Shown: positions 37,287 to 46,581 of the stretch, one piece after another
Position numbering within the stretch: position 1 is the stretch's first letter
How the letters are laid out: each line of letters opens with the position of its first letter
NCBI GenBank assembly: GCA_029259155.1
Contig: JAPDJI010000006.1
Location: 5,657-69,656, forward strand
DNA: 64,000 nt
Source: Candidatus Methanomethylicia archaeon
GTDB lineage: Archaea > Thermoproteota > Methanomethylicia > Nezhaarchaeales > B40-G2
Reading direction: 5' to 3'
The notes under the pieces: model-generated
The model's input: only the letters and a program-made list of their open reading frames with translations
The model's database searches: none
What the model was told of the DNA's origin: nothing
Program-made: the position numbers and the translations under genes

Positions 37287-39177
37287 GTTTAACCAGCCTC
37301 CAAGCTAGTGTTGCGAGCAGCGAGGCGGTGAAGGCGAGGAGCCAGGCTTGATTAAGCGATGCAGCAAGGAGAGCGGTGAGGAGGGCTGAGAGGGCTAGGC
37401 TTACATCGACCATCCTCCTCAATAGCTCTGCGGGGTGTCTCCTTCTAAGCGCTTGGCCTAGTGGGAGGCTGGAGGCCTTAGAGAAGAAGGCTGACTCGTG
37501 GGTCCTGGCTACCTCCTTGGCGGTCAGCATGGCCGCGTCGGGCAAATCATCTAAGAAGCCAGCTCTAAGCTTAGCTTCGGAGCCTTGGCTTAGGAGCCTC
37601 GACATCCTTAGAAACGACGAGGCCAGCCAGGAATACGCGTAGTCCACGCCGAGCCCAGAGGTCAGCAACGATGTGAGCCTCCTCGGGGCCGTGCAGTTGC
37701 CTATTTGATAATAGGCCCACCATAGGGCCAGGCCGGCCAGTGCGCATAGTAGGGTAGAGGCCATCAGGAAGAGGCTGAGCCTTACTTCGAGGGATTCCAC
37801 GATTCCGAGCGTGACCATCCACCTAGCAGGGGTAATGAGCAGCACGCCTAGAGGAAGGCCTAGGAGGCAAGCTGAGGCAAGCGCTAGCATGGGAGGCAGG
37901 GTGGTGGACGGCGGCGAGGCCTCGACGAGCCTGTAGGAGGAGCCGTAGATGAAGCCGAGTAGCCTAGCCACGTAGGCCACGGTGAGGGCAGAGCCCAGCA
38001 TCATTAACCCAGCCACCCAGAGCCTCCCCTCCTCGAGGGCTGTGTCTATTATCAGGTCCTTGGTGAAGAAGGCGTTGAGAGGAGGGATGGCTGCGAGGGC
38101 TAGGGCACCTATAGCGAAGGCAGCTCCATGAAGCCTTAGGTCGGTCCCCACCCCCCTAAGCACCCTTAAGTCCCTAGACCCAGCAGCGTGGCTTAACACG
38201 CCGGCGGCTAGGAAGAGGAGGGACTTGAAGAGGGCATGGCTGAAGGCGTGTAGGCCTGCTGCCACTAAGCCCAGCGTGGAAGCTAGGCCGAGGGAGGCCA
38301 CCATGTACCCTAGCTGGCTTATGGAAGAGAAGGCCAACACCCTCTTCACGTCAAGCTCGACTAGGGCTGCTGCCCCTCCATAAAGCAGGGTTACTACCCC
38401 CCCGAGGAGTAGTAGGGGGGCCAGCCCCTCAGCTATTTCCACGCTTAAGTCCATGGTCCTAATCAGCATGTAGACCCCGACGTGTACCATCAATCCTGAT
38501 AGCATGGCGCTGACGGGTGCGGGTGCTTCTGAGTGAGCATCAGGGAGCCATACGTGAAGTGGGTAGATGGCCACCTTGAAGGCTAGCCCAGCGACCATTA
38601 AGGCGCAGGCCAGCTTCAAGCCCCACGTAGCCTCGTGGGCTGCTAAGAAGCGTAGCTGAGCGAGGTCGAAGGTATGGGTGGTCATGTAGAAGGTGACTAT
38701 GGACACTACCATCAACGCGCCGCCTAGGTGAGTGAAAATGAAGTACTTAGTAGCTATCGACAGCGCTTTCTCCTTGGGACACTCAGCCCAGTGGGCTATA
38801 AGGAGGTAGGAAGGTATCAACATGAACTCCCAGAACACGTAGAAGAGCACGAAGTTTCTTGAGGTCACTGAGCCAGCCATGCCGAGGGCGAAGAGGCATA
38901 GCAGGCCGAAGAACCTGGACCTATCAGTCTCCACGTAGCTGTGAGAGTAGACGCTGGCGAGGAGCGATATGGTGAGCACGAGGACTATGAAAGCCTGGGA
39001 GAGTAGGTCGTTGAAGAAGGGTAGGTCAATGGGGTCGGGGATGAAGAGGAAGGCGAGAGACATAGCCAAACCAAGTGAAGCTGCGAGACCTGCGTGTTCC
39101 TCAAGCCTATCGCTCACCGCTATGGTTAGAAGCACACCAGTGGCGGAGAGAACCATGAGAGAGTAGAGGGTACCCAT
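37279..39177 (-). CDS. Complex I/Mrp antiporter-like subunit, NuoL/MrpA-like (632 aa)
   Basis: [33 protein letters not shown] and a length consistent with NuoL including a long C-terminal region. Confidence 0.7.
   Translation of the reverse strand: MGTLYSLMVLSATGVLLTIAVSDRLEEHAGLAASLGLAMSLAFLFIPDPIDLPFFNDLLSQAFIVLVLTISLLASVYSHSYVETDRSRFFGLLCLFALGMAGSVTSRNFVLFYVFWEFMLIPSYLLIAHWAECPKEKALSIATKYFIFTHLGGALMVVSIVTFYMTTHTFDLAQLRFLAAHEATWGLKLACALMVAGLAFKVAIYPLHVWLPDAHSEAPAPVSAMLSGLMVHVGVYMLIRTMDLSVEIAEGLAPLLLLGGVVTLLYGGAAALVELDVKRVLAFSSISQLGYMVASLGLASTLGLVAAGLHAFSHALFKSLLFLAAGVLSHAAGSRDLRVLRGVGTDLRLHGAAFAIGALALAAIPPLNAFFTKDLIIDTALEEGRLWVAGLMMLGSALTVAYVARLLGFIYGSSYRLVEASPPSTTLPPMLALASACLLGLPLGVLLITPARWMVTLGIVESLEVRLSLFLMASTLLCALAGLALWWAYYQIGNCTAPRRLTSLLTSGLGVDYAYSWLASSFLRMSRLLSQGSEAKLRAGFLDDLPDAAMLTAKEVARTHESAFFSKASSLPLGQALRRRHPAELLRRMVDVSLALSALLTALLAASLNQAWLLAFTASLLATLAWRLVKHV
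38495..38559. repeat. 65-nt tract identical to 36559..36623
   Basis: See the paired repeat. Confidence 0.9.
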
Positions 39178-39181
39178 CGAC

Positions 39182-40633
39182 CTAGACCTCCATCATCCAA
39201 CTCTCCTCCAAGCAGGCTACGGCCGCCTTGTGAGCTGACTCAAGGAACGGTGAAGGAGCGAGGCCTATGAGGAAGCAACTTATGATCAGCGAGATTATTA
39301 GGGCTCGGAGGCCCCAGCTAGCTCCACGCTGCGTGGATGGCCCCTCCCCGGCCCTGCTGTACATGGAGTAGAGAGCCCTCATGAAAGATGCCAGCATAAC
39401 TAGGTCGAGCACGATGAAGGCCGCCGCTACCCATAGGAGACCCTCCTCAACCATCGATAGGAACACTAAGAACTTGCTGTGGAAGCCGTTGAGTGGGGGC
39501 ACAGCGCAGCTACTGAGCGAGGCTATAAGGAAGCCAGTGGTGCCTAGTAGCACGTGTTTATAGGCACCCTTTAAGGCATAGATTCTCCTTCCCTGAGAGG
39601 ACTGTATGAAGAGCGCTATGCTGGCGAAGAAGAGGTTCTTAATTAACACGAGGTTGAGCACGTGGAAGAAGACTCCTTGAAGGGCCGTATGGTTAGCTAT
39701 GCCCCAAGCCATCATCAACACACCCCCCTCCCCCACTGAGGTACAGGTTACGAGGCGCTTAAGGTCGTCCTGGCCGAGCGCAAGTAGGTAGCCAGCAGCC
39801 ATGTTTACAACAGCGGCCGCGAGGAAGAAGTCCTTCAAGGCTGGTAAGAGGGGACGGTACACGGTGAATAACATGCGGGTCGCTCCATAGAAGCCGACGA
39901 CTCTCACCGCAGCAGCCATGAACGCGCTCGAGGGGCTTGGAGCCCATGGGTTAACCCCCGGGAACCATATATGGGCTGGGAACACCGCTAACTTCACCCA
40001 AAAACCTCCCAGCACGAGGGGTAGGGTCAGCCATAGAGCCTGAGGCGGAATAGTGGAAGCCACCTCAGGTATCATGGTCGACCCTGCCTGAAGAGCTAGT
40101 ACCGCGAAGCCGAGCACGAGGAGGATGGTGGAGGCCGCGTCGAAGGCTAAGTAGAGCGCTAAGCTCTCCCTAGGCCCTGTATCTATGCCGACCTCGTCAG
40201 GTAGGCGGGGGGCCATGAAGTAGTAGGAGGCCAAGTTCATCAATAGGTAGAAGAGGAGAAAGCTAAGGAGGTCGCCACAGTAAATAAGGCTCACGATCCC
40301 CAGCAGGGATAAGGTGAGGGAAGCATAGTAAGCAGGATCGTTTAGCTTCTTTAAGTAAGTAGCTGCTAAGAGCATGGCGGCAGCTCCAGCCATGGTGAAC
40401 TTCTCGAGGAGCAGTGCTCCATAGGCGTCCAGGAAGAGAAGGCTTGGAGACCTAGAGAGCACGGCTGGGGTATCCTCGACAAGGGGGGCTGCTAAAAACG
40501 AAGCTGCTAGGCAGGCTAGGGAGCCTACTACAGCTACGTAGCTAGTAAGCTTAGCTCCACGCTTCACTACCGCTGAGGCTGAGGTGGCTACAGCTGTAAC
40601 AATAGCCGCCTGTAGAGGCAGTGAGGCTAGCAA
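39182..40633 (-). CDS. Complex I/Mrp antiporter-like subunit, NuoN/MrpD-like
   Basis: HIWFPGVNPWAPSPSSAFMAAAV motif; 14 TM. Confidence 0.65.
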   Translation of the reverse strand: MLASLPLQAAIVTAVATSASAVVKRGAKLTSYVAVVGSLACLAASFLAAPLVEDTPAVLSRSPSLLFLDAYGALLLEKFTMAGAAAMLLAATYLKKLNDPAYYASLTLSLLGIVSLIYCGDLLSFLLFYLLMNLASYYFMAPRLPDEVGIDTGPRESLALYLAFDAASTILLVLGFAVLALQAGSTMIPEVASTIPPQALWLTLPLVLGGFWVKLAVFPAHIWFPGVNPWAPSPSSAFMAAAVRVVGFYGATRMLFTVYRPLLPALKDFFLAAAVVNMAAGYLLALGQDDLKRLVTCTSVGEGGVLMMAWGIANHTALQGVFFHVLNLVLIKNLFFASIALFIQSSQGRRIYALKGAYKHVLLGTTGFLIASLSSCAVPPLNGFHSKFLVFLSMVEEGLLWVAAAFIVLDLVMLASFMRALYSMYSRAGEGPSTQRGASWGLRALIISLIISCFLIGLAPSPFLESAHKAAVACLEESWMMEV

Positions 40634-40649
40634 TTCACAAGGCCTCCAA

Positions 40650-41300
40650 TCAGAGGCCGAGGAAGTGTAGCCTATGCCTTCTCCTTAATAGGATGACTGC
40701 GTCTCCCTGCTCCAGCTGAGGTACTTCGTTAGGTAGTAAGGCGGCCCCCCCTCTGAGTATGAGGAGGGGGTAGGTGTCTTTGAGCTTCCTGCGTATGTCC
40801 AGCGGCCTAAGCCCCTTTAGCCTAGAGCCTTCGTCCACGGACACCTCCTCGACCTCTATGTCCTTGCGCACCATCTCAAGTAGCTCGAAGAGGCTTATTC
40901 TCCTAATCTTAGCGTAGATCCTTAACACCGAGGAATCTACGTGGTTGACCAGCTCGTGAAAGCCCAGCGACCTACAGACCTCAGCGTAGGAGGCGTGCTT
41001 TATTCGAACAAGCACCCTTCTAGCTCCTAGGTTCTTGGCTAGGAGGGAAGCAATGAGGTTCACTGGGTCGCTCCCTGTCAGGGCGGCGAAGACGTCAGCC
41101 CTCCCCACGCCCGCCTCGATTAACACGCGTGGGTCAGTGGCACTTCCGGTGAAGACGTTAACCTCAGCCTCGAGAGACTTGGCTAGCCTCTCGGTGACCT
41201 CTGGGCTAGTGTCGATGGCCGCTACTTTGTAGCCGTGGAGCACCATCCTCCTCACCGTGGCCTCTCCAACGTCGCCTAAGCCGGCCACTATGATAAACAA
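40650..41300 (-). CDS. trkA: TrkA/RCK protein (TrkA-N Rossmann plus TrkA-C)
   Basis: IIVAGLGDVG (GxGxxG) and C-terminal RCK_C. Confidence 0.75.
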   Translation of the reverse strand: MFIIVAGLGDVGEATVRRMVLHGYKVAAIDTSPEVTERLAKSLEAEVNVFTGSATDPRVLIEAGVGRADVFAALTGSDPVNLIASLLAKNLGARRVLVRIKHASYAEVCRSLGFHELVNHVDSSVLRIYAKIRRISLFELLEMVRKDIEVEEVSVDEGSRLKGLRPLDIRRKLKDTYPLLILRGGAALLPNEVPQLEQGDAVILLRRRHRLHFLGL

Positions 41301-41932
41301 CCACTAGCCCCCTCCTTGTGTCTGATTAACACGAGGACATCGCCCGGCTCCAGCGTCAAGTCGGGGTCGGGGAACTTCACCTCCCCCTCTGACAACACGA
41401 AGGCTGGGTAGGAGTTCTTCAGAACCTCCTCACCGAGCTCCTTGATCTTCCTCCACGCTAGCTCCGAGCCCTCCCCTATCTCGACGTGCTCGACGTCGAC
41501 GAAGTGCTCACCTATAGAGACTACGTCGGCCAGCTTAAAGCCATGGACAGATGCATCGATCCTAAACGCTGTGGCCTCGGCTGGGCTACAGATCTCGGTG
41601 AGGCCGACCATCCTACAGGCCTCCACGTACACCGGGTTCTCGACCCTCACCAACACCCTCCTAGCTCCCTGATGCTTAGCCAGTAGAGCTGAGACTAAGT
41701 TTACATCGTCGCTCCCCGTCAACGCTAAGAAGGTGTCAGCTTCCTCAACCCTCACCTGTTCCATGACGTGGGGGTCTGTTACGTCACCCTTCACCACCTC
41801 AACCCCCCTTGCCTCAAGCTCCCTGCAAGCAGCCTCATCGCGCTCGATCACCACGACGTGATAGCCAAGCCCCTTCAAGTAGGTCGCCAGCGCCCTCCCG
41901 ATGTCGCCTCCTCCGGCTATCACTACCTTCAC
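41288..41932 (-). CDS. trkA: TrkA/RCK protein (TrkA-N plus TrkA-C)
   Basis: VVIAGGGDIGRALA and C-terminal RCK_C; 13-nt overlap with the next trkA. Confidence 0.75.
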   Translation of the reverse strand: MKVVIAGGGDIGRALATYLKGLGYHVVVIERDEAACRELEARGVEVVKGDVTDPHVMEQVRVEEADTFLALTGSDDVNLVSALLAKHQGARRVLVRVENPVYVEACRMVGLTEICSPAEATAFRIDASVHGFKLADVVSIGEHFVDVEHVEIGEGSELAWRKIKELGEEVLKNSYPAFVLSEGEVKFPDPDLTLEPGDVLVLIRHKEGASGCLS

Positions 41933-42027
41933 TCCCTACCTCACCGCCGACCTTAAACTCTTAGATACGTAAAAGGGTATCGCCGTAAAGGAAATAGGTC
42001 GGCTAGTAAAAGAAACTATAGATAGGC

Positions 42028-42675
42028 TTGTTCGTGGTCATAGCTGGCGGCGGTGGTGTTGGTAAAGCTCTGGCTAAGAGGCTTATTGAGAGAGGGGAGA
42101 GGGTCGTCGTAGTGGACAAGGACCCCTCGACGTGCTCTATGCTTCGAGAGGAGCTGGGCGTCGAGGTGGTAGAGGGCGATGCTACCAACATGAACGTCCT
42201 CCAGCGCGCTGGCGTCGAACACTGTGACGCCCTCTTCGCCCTAGTTGGCCAGGGCAACATCAACGTCATGATAGCGTTGGCTGCCACTGTCTGTGGCTGT
42301 AAGGCTGGGAGGGTTGTAGTGAGGGTGGACAACGACCGCTACCTTGAAGTGTGTAGCATGCTCGGCTTGAAGGAGGTCGTGAACCCAGCTAAATCGGTGG
42401 CCGTAGTGGTGTCCGAGATGGTTAGAGGTGTCAAGCTAACCACGTTGGCGGAGATGTACTACAAGGGTTACATCGACGTAGAGAGCGTAAAGGCAGAGGA
42501 TGAACAGTATCTACAGGCCCTCGTAACTAAGATTGCCCATATGGTAGGTCAAGAATGCCACCCTATCCTCGTGATAAGGAACAGTAAGATCATGCTTCCT
42601 GAGCCTAACCTCAAGCTCAAGGCAGGGGATGAGGTAGTTCTCATAAAGCGGAGGAGTTTGATGTGCGCGTCGTGA
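42028..42675 (+). CDS. trkA: TrkA/RCK protein (TrkA-N plus TrkA-C)
   Basis: VVIAGGGGVGKALA; divergent from the minus-strand trkA pair. Confidence 0.75.
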   Translation: MFVVIAGGGGVGKALAKRLIERGERVVVVDKDPSTCSMLREELGVEVVEGDATNMNVLQRAGVEHCDALFALVGQGNINVMIALAATVCGCKAGRVVVRVDNDRYLEVCSMLGLKEVVNPAKSVAVVVSEMVRGVKLTTLAEMYYKGYIDVESVKAEDEQYLQALVTKIAHMVGQECHPILVIRNSKIMLPEPNLKLKAGDEVVLIKRRSLMCAS

Positions 42676-43289
42676 TAGCTGGAGGAGGAGATCTCGGGGA
42701 GTCGGTCGCCAGGATCTTAAAAATTCAAGGCGTACACGTCACCATAGTAGATCGAAGTAGGAAAACTTGTGAGAAGCTTGCTAAAAGGCTAGATGTGGAC
42801 TTTGTTGAAGGAGATGTCAGTGACCCATTAACGCTGGAAGAGGCGAGAATTGAGGAGGCTTCGGCTTTCCTAGCTTTAACGGGCGATGACTCCATTAACA
42901 CTATCTCCTCGCTCATAGCTAAGCGATACGGAGTTCCAAGAATAATAGCTAGAATAGAAGACTCGAGCTATGCTCGCGTATGTGAGGCTAATGGGGTGGA
43001 GGTCGTCAGCTTCGTTGAATCAGCCTCTATGATGTTGGAGGCCATATTGTATCACAATAAGCTGATCGAACTAACCTCATTAATAGAGGAGGAGGGGTTG
43101 GACATAGAGCGCATAGATTACCACGGTAAAACAGGGGAGTTAAAAATTAAGCATAATGACGCCTACCCAATTATGGTGGTGAGGGGCGGCGAAGTCTTCC
43201 TGCCCAATCCAGGGCTTAAGCTTAAAGATGGTGACAGAATATTCATCATAAAAAGGCGTAAGAAGCTCTTCTACATACCTGAGCTTTAA
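42663..43289 (+). CDS. trkA: TrkA/RCK protein (TrkA-N plus TrkA-C)
   Basis: VVIAGGGDLGESVA; 13-nt overlap with the previous gene. Confidence 0.75.
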   Translation: MRVVIAGGGDLGESVARILKIQGVHVTIVDRSRKTCEKLAKRLDVDFVEGDVSDPLTLEEARIEEASAFLALTGDDSINTISSLIAKRYGVPRIIARIEDSSYARVCEANGVEVVSFVESASMMLEAILYHNKLIELTSLIEEEGLDIERIDYHGKTGELKIKHNDAYPIMVVRGGEVFLPNPGLKLKDGDRIFIIKRRKKLFYIPEL

Positions 43290-44731
43290 AGCACTATACC
43301 TGTCGAGAAGTAAAGAGCTGTGCCTATGAGGATGACGATGAACCATAGGAGAAGATCTAAGAACCTTTTACGCCTCGTTAACCCAGGCCTTCTGGTCAGC
43401 TGTGACGGATAAATAGTTATGTTTAGCCTCTTGGCCACTAAGAAGGAGATCATGGATGCTATCAGCATAGGTGCGAATAAGCTGAAGTTACTGCATGTTT
43501 CACATAGGAGTAGGATAGTAGACATGGGTACTCTACCGGCAGCGGCGTAGAGCGCAGCCATCCCAGCGACTATGTAGGCAACATGCGCCCCTGACCTAAC
43601 TATGAATTCAGGAAATAGCGCATCGAGAGCTAATGCGTAAGCTCCACCTATCATCGCTCCGCAGAAAAGCGAAGGTACTATTACACCTCCAGCTCCAGCG
43701 CTAGCTATGGAAAAAGTGCTAGCCAAGATTTTTCCGAAGTATAAAAGGAGGAAAACCCATATCAGAAGGTGGCCAAAGCTATTAAAGAGCTCCGTGAAAT
43801 CTATGGTTTCCTGTATTACCCAGTAGCCCATTCCCCATAAATAGAGCTCCCCTAGCATTAAAAGCCCTAACAACACGACGAGGCCGTCGAGCAGTCCTCC
43901 AATAGCTGGCCTTAAAGGTCTAGGTATTTTAGAGTCTCTAATCGGGTAATGGAAGGCATAGAATATTTTAGTCCATAGAGCAGCTGCAATAACCGATACA
44001 AGCCCCAGCAACGCCATGCCTGCGACGTGAAATAAGCTGTAAGCTACGTTGGGGTTCAGTATTAACATGTCATGGAACTTTGGAAAAGTTACGAGAGGCT
44101 CTGAGCCTAAAAGGGAGTTGAACAGCAGAAAACCTACTACCGAAGATATCAGGGCTGACGGTAAAGCTTCCACCTCGACGTCTTCAGAGTATAGGACCTC
44201 GCTAGCAAAGATCCCCCCACCGAGGGGGGCACTGAAGATTCCTCCTAAAGCCCCTGCAGCTCCACAGATAGCCACTATCTTAGCGTCTCTACGCGTAAAC
44301 TTCATGAACCTCCCAAGCCATGTTTTCTTAAAGAAGAGGTTGATGGCTGCGGCGACGGCGCTGCCTGAATATGCCATAGGACATTCTCTGCCAGCGCTGC
44401 CACCTGTACCTATGGTTAGGGAGGCGGTCAAGATTTTCAATACCCCTTTGCCCGGGTTTGTATACCCATGATGTAGGTGGACGAGCTCTATCATGCCATC
44501 GGTGGAGCATGGAATGTAGAATGCATCTTTGTCTAGAAGGTAATTAAGTAAGCCTACGGCTAAACCGCCTGCAAAAGGTATGAGGGCTACCATAAACAAT
44601 AAGCCTTGACTACGAGCTTGATTGACGAGATCTAAGAAGAACTCTATGGAGAACTTCAAGGAAACAGTAAAGGCTATGCCTGCGATTCCACCGAGAAGTC
44701 CTGAAAGGAGGCCAAAGATCACCCATTTCAT
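43286..44731 (-). CDS. ClC-family chloride channel / Cl-/H+ antiporter
   Basis: GSAGRECP and GGIFASEV motifs corresponding to the ClC selectivity-filter regions G(K/R)EGP and GxFxP; about 10-12 TM. Confidence 0.65.
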   Translation of the reverse strand: MKWVIFGLLSGLLGGIAGIAFTVSLKFSIEFFLDLVNQARSQGLLFMVALIPFAGGLAVGLLNYLLDKDAFYIPCSTDGMIELVHLHHGYTNPGKGVLKILTASLTIGTGGSAGRECPMAYSGSAVAAAINLFFKKTWLGRFMKFTRRDAKIVAICGAAGALGGIFSAPLGGGIFASEVLYSEDVEVEALPSALISSVVGFLLFNSLLGSEPLVTFPKFHDMLILNPNVAYSLFHVAGMALLGLVSVIAAALWTKIFYAFHYPIRDSKIPRPLRPAIGGLLDGLVVLLGLLMLGELYLWGMGYWVIQETIDFTELFNSFGHLLIWVFLLLYFGKILASTFSIASAGAGGVIVPSLFCGAMIGGAYALALDALFPEFIVRSGAHVAYIVAGMAALYAAAGRVPMSTILLLCETCSNFSLFAPMLIASMISFLVAKRLNITIYPSQLTRRPGLTRRKRFLDLLLWFIVILIGTALYFSTGIVL

Positions 44732-44993
44732 AATTCTATTACTTAATATTTCATGTACATTTAGGATCGTTGAGAGGCCACCCCGGAACTCTCATTTCCC
44801 TATAGTTAGGACTATCTCCCCCCTGTGATGGCAACTTATGAATAAACTTTTTGCTGTTTTTTCAAGGTAGCGTAGGGCGAGTGAAAACTACGACGACTTA
44901 AGTACTATTGCTGTTGAGAAATGTAGCGCTGTGTCTATTATGGTGACAGCGAACAACATAAGATGGTCGTCCTGAAACTTTGGGGAGATGTGG

Positions 44994-46130
44994 CTAAGAC
45001 CCGCCGCTTAACTTGAAGAAGTTTAAAATGGTCTTTGCAGCTATTCTTGCACCGTTCAAGACGTCTGCGACTTTAACGTACTCGTCTTTAACGTGCGCCT
45101 GCCCCCTGGTCATGGTACCTATAGACACTATAGGCACATTGAACAGCCTGTGAAGTTGAGCTGCATCTATCCAACCTTTAGCCACGGTTGGCCAAGCCTT
45201 AAAGCCTTCGTCTTTAGCTGCTTCCAAGGCAGCCTTCGCTATGGGGCTTGACGGCTCAATCACGTAGCCTTTCAGCCCGCCCTTTAGCCTGACCTTAAAA
45301 CCATGTTTAAGTGCTCTATTTGCCACCTCTAGCACGCGCCTTACGGCATCTTTAGGGCTTAAGGTAGGTAGGAGCCTAAAGTTCACGTTCATGTAACATG
45401 AGTCAGGTACCATGGTGGGCCACTCACCTCCCTTAATGACTGTGACGGTAACGTTCTCGACGACCGGTAGAGGTCTTTCCATCCGCTGTAAAATTCTTGG
45501 GGATCGTAGCTCGCTGATAAGGTCGTAGGCCCTATAGATGGCGTTGACTCCAAGCTCAGGCTCTGAGGAATGATAAGCCTTACCTTCCACTATCACCTCC
45601 ACGTTAGCTATACCTCTACATCCTATCACTACTTCACATTGTCTGTCTTCAGCATCTATATAATGGTCTAGGCATATGCCAGCGTCGACGTCCACCTTGT
45701 CCTTCAACCCTCTCCTCGCCCTCACCTTACCTCCTCCCTCTTCCCTCGATGTGAAGAGAAGCACAAGCCTCCCGGGGAGGTGCTGAGTAACGAGCGCCTT
45801 GGCTATGGTCAACATCGCCGCCACTCCTGCCTTATTGTCTGAGGCCCCTCTACCGTACACCTTACCTTCTCTAAGCATACCTGAGTAGGGATCTATGGTC
45901 CATCCGTTTCCCGGCGGGACCGTGTCAAGGTGAGCGTTTAGTAAGACCCTGCGTTTTCCGCTACCTAGCTCGGCTATGACGTTGAAGTAGCCATCTACCT
46001 CGGCTCTCAGCCCCATCTCCTGTAGCTTAGAAACTACTAGCTTCGCAACTTTTTCTTCTCCTCTAGGAGGGCTTGGAATCTTAACTAGTTCCTGAAGGGT
46101 TTTAACCAAGTAATCTGAGTCCAGCTCCAT
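44994..46130 (-). CDS. M20-family metallohydrolase (ArgE/DapE/LysK-like)
   Basis: HLDTVPPGNGWTIDPY ... GRGASDNKAG metal-binding motifs. Confidence 0.75.
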   Translation of the reverse strand: MELDSDYLVKTLQELVKIPSPPRGEEKVAKLVVSKLQEMGLRAEVDGYFNVIAELGSGKRRVLLNAHLDTVPPGNGWTIDPYSGMLREGKVYGRGASDNKAGVAAMLTIAKALVTQHLPGRLVLLFTSREEGGGKVRARRGLKDKVDVDAGICLDHYIDAEDRQCEVVIGCRGIANVEVIVEGKAYHSSEPELGVNAIYRAYDLISELRSPRILQRMERPLPVVENVTVTVIKGGEWPTMVPDSCYMNVNFRLLPTLSPKDAVRRVLEVANRALKHGFKVRLKGGLKGYVIEPSSPIAKAALEAAKDEGFKAWPTVAKGWIDAAQLHRLFNVPIVSIGTMTRGQAHVKDEYVKVADVLNGARIAAKTILNFFKLSGGS

Positions 46131-46169
46131 ACAGGAGCCTTTTATACTGCTAGCTTCTTAAAGCCTATT

Positions 46170-46514
46170 GTGGACGTAGAAGCTAAGATTTTAGGGGCGA
46201 AGGCAGCGGAGAAGTCTCTAAATCGTTATGGGGCCCTTCTCGAAGGAGTTGCTGTCTACCTTAGCGACTGCTGTCTTGACGGTAAACCCTACGCTGAAAT
46301 ATACGTCTTCCTTGAAGAACTTCCTATCGAAGAGGAGGATATAGCCTCAGAGATTCTAGCCTCAATTAAGGAAGGTGAGTGTGCAGGCGTATCAGTGTTT
46401 GTCTTCACTTTAAGCGAAGTTGAGCGTAGAAGAGGCAGCCTAATAGAGGCGTTGAAGGTCTCCCACATAGCTTACGACAGGTCTGGTAGAATTAAGCGCC
46501 TCTTGGAAACCTAG
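46170..46514 (+). CDS. Hypothetical protein (114 aa)
   Basis: ORF only. Confidence 0.3.
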   Translation: MDVEAKILGAKAAEKSLNRYGALLEGVAVYLSDCCLDGKPYAEIYVFLEELPIEEEDIASEILASIKEGECAGVSVFVFTLSEVERRRGSLIEALKVSHIAYDRSGRIKRLLET

Positions 46515-46581
46515 AAGTCAAGGTAACGTACTTTCCCTACGTTATAGATGGGTCTTAAAGGCGTGCCTCAAGCATGGTATG

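Noticed and set aside
44732-44993. Intergenic stretch with GTGATGG / CUGA-like elements, considered for a C/D box sRNA
   Set aside because: Boxes are not arranged in C-D'-C'-D order and there are no terminal complementary ends.
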